From Enhygromyxa salina (lineage in GTDB: Bacteria > Myxococcota_A > Polyangia > Nannocystales > Nannocystaceae): a stretch of DNA of 64,000 nt. Shown piece by piece: positions 61,054 to 64,000 of the stretch. The position numbers and the translations under genes were made by a program. The notes under the pieces were generated by a model, which saw only the letters and a program-made list of their open reading frames with translations, was not told the origin of the DNA and searched no databases. The first letter of the stretch is position 1; each line of letters starts with the position of its first letter. The stretch spans positions 82,055 through 146,054 of the forward strand of contig NZ_PVNL01000139.1 in NCBI RefSeq assembly GCF_002994635.1, written 5' to 3'.

Positions 61054-62067
61054 ATGGCCTCGCTCTGGCCCCCCCTCATGGACACGCCGCCGGATCTCTC
61101 CGGCAAGGTCATCCTCGTCACCGGCGGCACGGGCTCGTTCGGTCGCGCCTTCGTCACGCGGGTGCTAGCGCAACATGCGCCGGCCAAAGTGATCGTGTTC
61201 TCGCGCGACGAGCAGAAGCACTACGTGATGCAGCGCGAGCTCGATGATCCGCGCCTGCGCTACTTCGTGGGTGACATCCGCGATCGTTCACGTCTGCTGC
61301 GGGCGCTGCGGGGCGTCGACATCGTGGTCCACGCGGCGGCGATGAAGCACGTGCCGCTGGCCGAGTACAACCCGATCGAGGCGATCCGCACCAACGTCGA
61401 CGGCGCGGCCAACCTGATCGACGCGGCGCTCGAGCGCGACGTCGAGACCGTGATCGGCCTGTCGACCGACAAGGCCGCGAGCCCGGTCAACCTGTACGGC
61501 GCGACCAAGCTGTGCATGGAGAAGCTGCTGGTCGCCGCCAACTCCTACAGCGGCAGCGACGGCCCCAAGTTCAAGCTGGTCCGCTATGGGAACGTGGTCG
61601 GCTCGAAGGGCAGCGTGCTCCCGGTGTTCTTGCAGCAGCGCGAGACCGGCACGCTGACCCTGACCGACCCCACGATGACGCGATTTTGGATCCGCATGGA
61701 CCAGGCGATCGACCTCGTCATGCTGACCCTCCAAGACGGCCGGGGCGGCGAGGTCTTCGTGCCCAAGATCCCCGCCTGCACCGTCGCAACGCTGGCCGAC
61801 GCGGTCGCGCCCACCGCCGCCAAGCAGGTGATCGGGATCCGCCCCGGCGAGAAGATCCACGAGCTGATGATCACCACCGACGAGTCGCGCAACGTGCTCG
61901 AGTACGACCGCCACTTCGTGATCACCCCCAGCTTTCCGTGGTGGGGCGGGCCCAAGCGCGAGGGCAAGCCCGTCGAGCCGGGCTACCAGTTCTCCAGCGA
62001 CATCGCCGAGCAGCTCGACGTGCCAACCGTCGCGGCCATGCTCCGCGAGATTGGCTACAGCGTGTAA
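61054..62067 (+). CDS. NAD-dependent sugar-nucleotide 4,6-dehydratase (CapD/PseB/FlaA1-like polysaccharide biosynthesis protein)
   Basis: GKVILVTGGTGSFG (Rossmann). HAAAMKHVP...YGATKLCMEKL (YxxxK). The likely true start is at MDTPPDLSGK. Confidence 0.85.
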   Translation: MASLWPPLMDTPPDLSGKVILVTGGTGSFGRAFVTRVLAQHAPAKVIVFSRDEQKHYVMQRELDDPRLRYFVGDIRDRSRLLRALRGVDIVVHAAAMKHVPLAEYNPIEAIRTNVDGAANLIDAALERDVETVIGLSTDKAASPVNLYGATKLCMEKLLVAANSYSGSDGPKFKLVRYGNVVGSKGSVLPVFLQQRETGTLTLTDPTMTRFWIRMDQAIDLVMLTLQDGRGGEVFVPKIPACTVATLADAVAPTAAKQVIGIRPGEKIHELMITTDESRNVLEYDRHFVITPSFPWWGGPKREGKPVEPGYQFSSDIAEQLDVPTVAAMLREIGYSV

Positions 62068-62070
62068 TTG

Positions 62071-62718
62071 CTACGAGCTGGTCGCGCGCTTGACCAGGAG
62101 CTTTTGCCGCAGCGAGTCGGCCCAGCCCTCGAGGTTGGCGATCGTGCTCTCGAGCTGCTGGGGAGACTCGGCGAGCTCCGAGAGCGCGGCCTCGAGCAGC
62201 TGCTTGGCGCGGCGGATGCGACCACGCACGGTCCCCTCGGGCACCTCGAGCACCTGCGCGAGCTCCGAGCCCGACATGTTCTCCCAGTAGTAGAGCTCGA
62301 GCGTGATCTGGTGATCCATCGGCAGCCGGCGCAGCGCCTGCAACAAGAGCTCTTGCTCGCGCTTGTCGGCGACCAACAAGCTGGGGCCAGGCCCGAGGTC
62401 GTGAACGGAGACCACCAGCGGATCGAAGCGCGCGTCGTGGTAGCGCTTGTCACGGTAGTAGCGGCGGAGCACGTTGCGCGCCACGCCGAACAGGTAGCCG
62501 CGAAAGCTGGCGTCGCCACGGAACCGGTCGCGGCCTTCCACGCACGCGAGGAAGGTTCTTTGGATGAGATCGTCGACCTCGTTGGGCGCCTTGTTGGCGA
62601 AGAACCGACAGATGCAGTCGAAGTGGCGGTTGAACAGCTCGTTGCCAGCCCGCGCGTCTCCATCCCGCCAGCTCTCGAGCAGGTCGATGTCCGACTTGGC
62701 CGCGGGTACCTGCGCCAT
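62071..62718 (-). CDS. ECF (sigma-70 family) sigma factor
   Basis: Region 2 reads FNRHFDCICRFFANKAPNEVDDLIQRTF, and region 4 reads LELYYWENMSGSELAQVLEVPEGTVRGRIRRAK. It is convergent with CapD, 3 nt apart. No anti-sigma gene is adjacent. Confidence 0.85.
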   Translation of the reverse strand: MAQVPAAKSDIDLLESWRDGDARAGNELFNRHFDCICRFFANKAPNEVDDLIQRTFLACVEGRDRFRGDASFRGYLFGVARNVLRRYYRDKRYHDARFDPLVVSVHDLGPGPSLLVADKREQELLLQALRRLPMDHQITLELYYWENMSGSELAQVLEVPEGTVRGRIRRAKQLLEAALSELAESPQQLESTIANLEGWADSLRQKLLVKRATSS

Positions 62719-62898
62719 GCGAGCGCGATCCTAGCAGTGCGGAATCTTCCCGCCCAGCGCTGGGCTTTGGCCTAGAGGACAGTTGCCGGAGGACGATCGA
62801 TCCGCAACGCTCGTGGTACATCTACCTCGGACACCTACTAGCTACGGACGGGGCCCCGGGGCACACCCACACCCCCTCCGGTCCACGAGCGACTTACC

Positions 62899-63540
62899 AT
62901 GAGCATTTTTTCCCGGCCCCTCACGTGCCCTTCTTCACGCCGAACCCTCGCGGGGATCGCGGGATTTAGCGTCCTACTGTGGCTGCCCGTGACCGGCTGT
63001 GGGTTTGCGAAGATCGAGCCCGAGGAGATCGACATCGCCGATGAGAGCGGCACCGGTGGGCTCACCGGAGCTGAGGCGACCGGCGATGAAGCCGGGACCG
63101 AGGGGGCCAACGACACCGGTGGCGACGGCGACGGTGATCCGAGCGGCGATGGCGATGGCGATGGCGACACCGACAGCGGTGACGGCGACGGCGACGGCGA
63201 CACCCCTTGCGACGCCCTCACCACGACAGAAGTGTTCGACGGCGCGAACCCAATCGACGTCCCCGACGGCATGTCGCTGCTGCAGGGCGAGTGCGACGGA
63301 GCCGGGCCGGAGGCCATGTTCGTCTACACCGCCGCCGCGACCGGCACGATCCAGGTCACCCTCAGCAACGCCACCTTCGAGGGCGCCGTGTACTTCATGA
63401 ACGCGCTGTGCGAACCACTCGACTGCGAGCCCGCGCCACAGATCCTCGAGCTCGACGTGACGGCCGGCGAGGTCGTCTACATCTTGATCGACTCGTTCAC
63501 GGTCGGCGGAACCGGCAGCCTCGAGATTACGCCTGTCTAA
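62899..63540 (+). CDS. Lipoprotein with a DGDGD acidic linker (paralog family with 63573.. and 24191..)
   Basis: Lipobox LPVTGCG, then KIEPEEIDIADE. (GDGDGD)n. A C-terminal ~90-aa Cys-containing domain. Confidence 0.65.
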   Translation: MSIFSRPLTCPSSRRTLAGIAGFSVLLWLPVTGCGFAKIEPEEIDIADESGTGGLTGAEATGDEAGTEGANDTGGDGDGDPSGDGDGDGDTDSGDGDGDGDTPCDALTTTEVFDGANPIDVPDGMSLLQGECDGAGPEAMFVYTAAATGTIQVTLSNATFEGAVYFMNALCEPLDCEPAPQILELDVTAGEVVYILIDSFTVGGTGSLEITPV

Positions 63541-63572
63541 TATTTACTACTTTGATCTTGCAGGGACATGAC

Positions 63573-64000
<428 letters not shown>

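Overview
This is a high-GC (~70%) chromosomal window that looks myxobacterial (Myxococcales-like). The evidence is the Asp-Gly-rich lipoprotein linkers, the Cys-rich CGDG repeats fused to RCC1 repeats, a Ser/Thr kinase, Kelch and WD40 lipoproteins, and a sigma-54 NtrC-type two-component system. It is gene-dense and mixes core and accessory functions. Left edge: a putative natural-product/peptide-export cluster. A B12-binding radical-SAM-like gene is truncated by the window edge and sits divergent from a GT1 (UGT/MGT-type) glycosyltransferase. Next to them is an HlyD plus C39-peptidase ABC transporter (PCAT) operon. No obvious double-glycine precursor was found. Then: an OmpR/histidine-kinase pair divergent from a czcCBA heavy-metal RND efflux operon, and a SulP/STAS permease divergent from a sigma-54 histidine-kinase/NtrC pair. 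Next is a Kelch lipoprotein and a heme/iron module. The module has two HmuY-family lipoproteins, a TonB-dependent receptor, an unknown protein, a 2-Cys peroxiredoxin and AT-rich Fur-box-like promoters. After these come radA, a lower-GC orphan small gene with its own terminator, a WD40 lipoprotein operon, and a WGR-SWIM-ATP-dependent DNA ligase fusion. A complete translationally coupled N-type ATPase operon follows (atpD-C-Q-R-B-E-F-A-G). Its c-subunit carries the full Na+-binding signature. Right half: a GNAT gene, then a 2.2-kb cassette carrying a single OLD-family (ABC ATPase + Toprim) nuclease. The cassette is flanked by ~77-bp imperfect direct repeats that duplicate the GNAT gene's 3' end. 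Next is a Ser/Thr kinase and a repeat-module membrane protein. A lipid-metabolism cluster follows (PlsC-like, lipase, acyltransferase, XRE regulator), with a 21-bp palindromic tandem array (6.4 copies) beside the XRE gene. After that: a Cys-rich-repeat/RCC1 lipoprotein, an orphan AAA_21-type ATPase, a polysaccharide locus (Wzx, CapD/PseB-like), an ECF sigma factor, and paralogous DGDGD-linker lipoproteins. No rRNA, CRISPR array or transposase was recognised. One tRNA-like T-arm fragment was noted and rejected. Many long ORFs on the opposite strand of real genes are antisense shadows typical of high-GC DNA.
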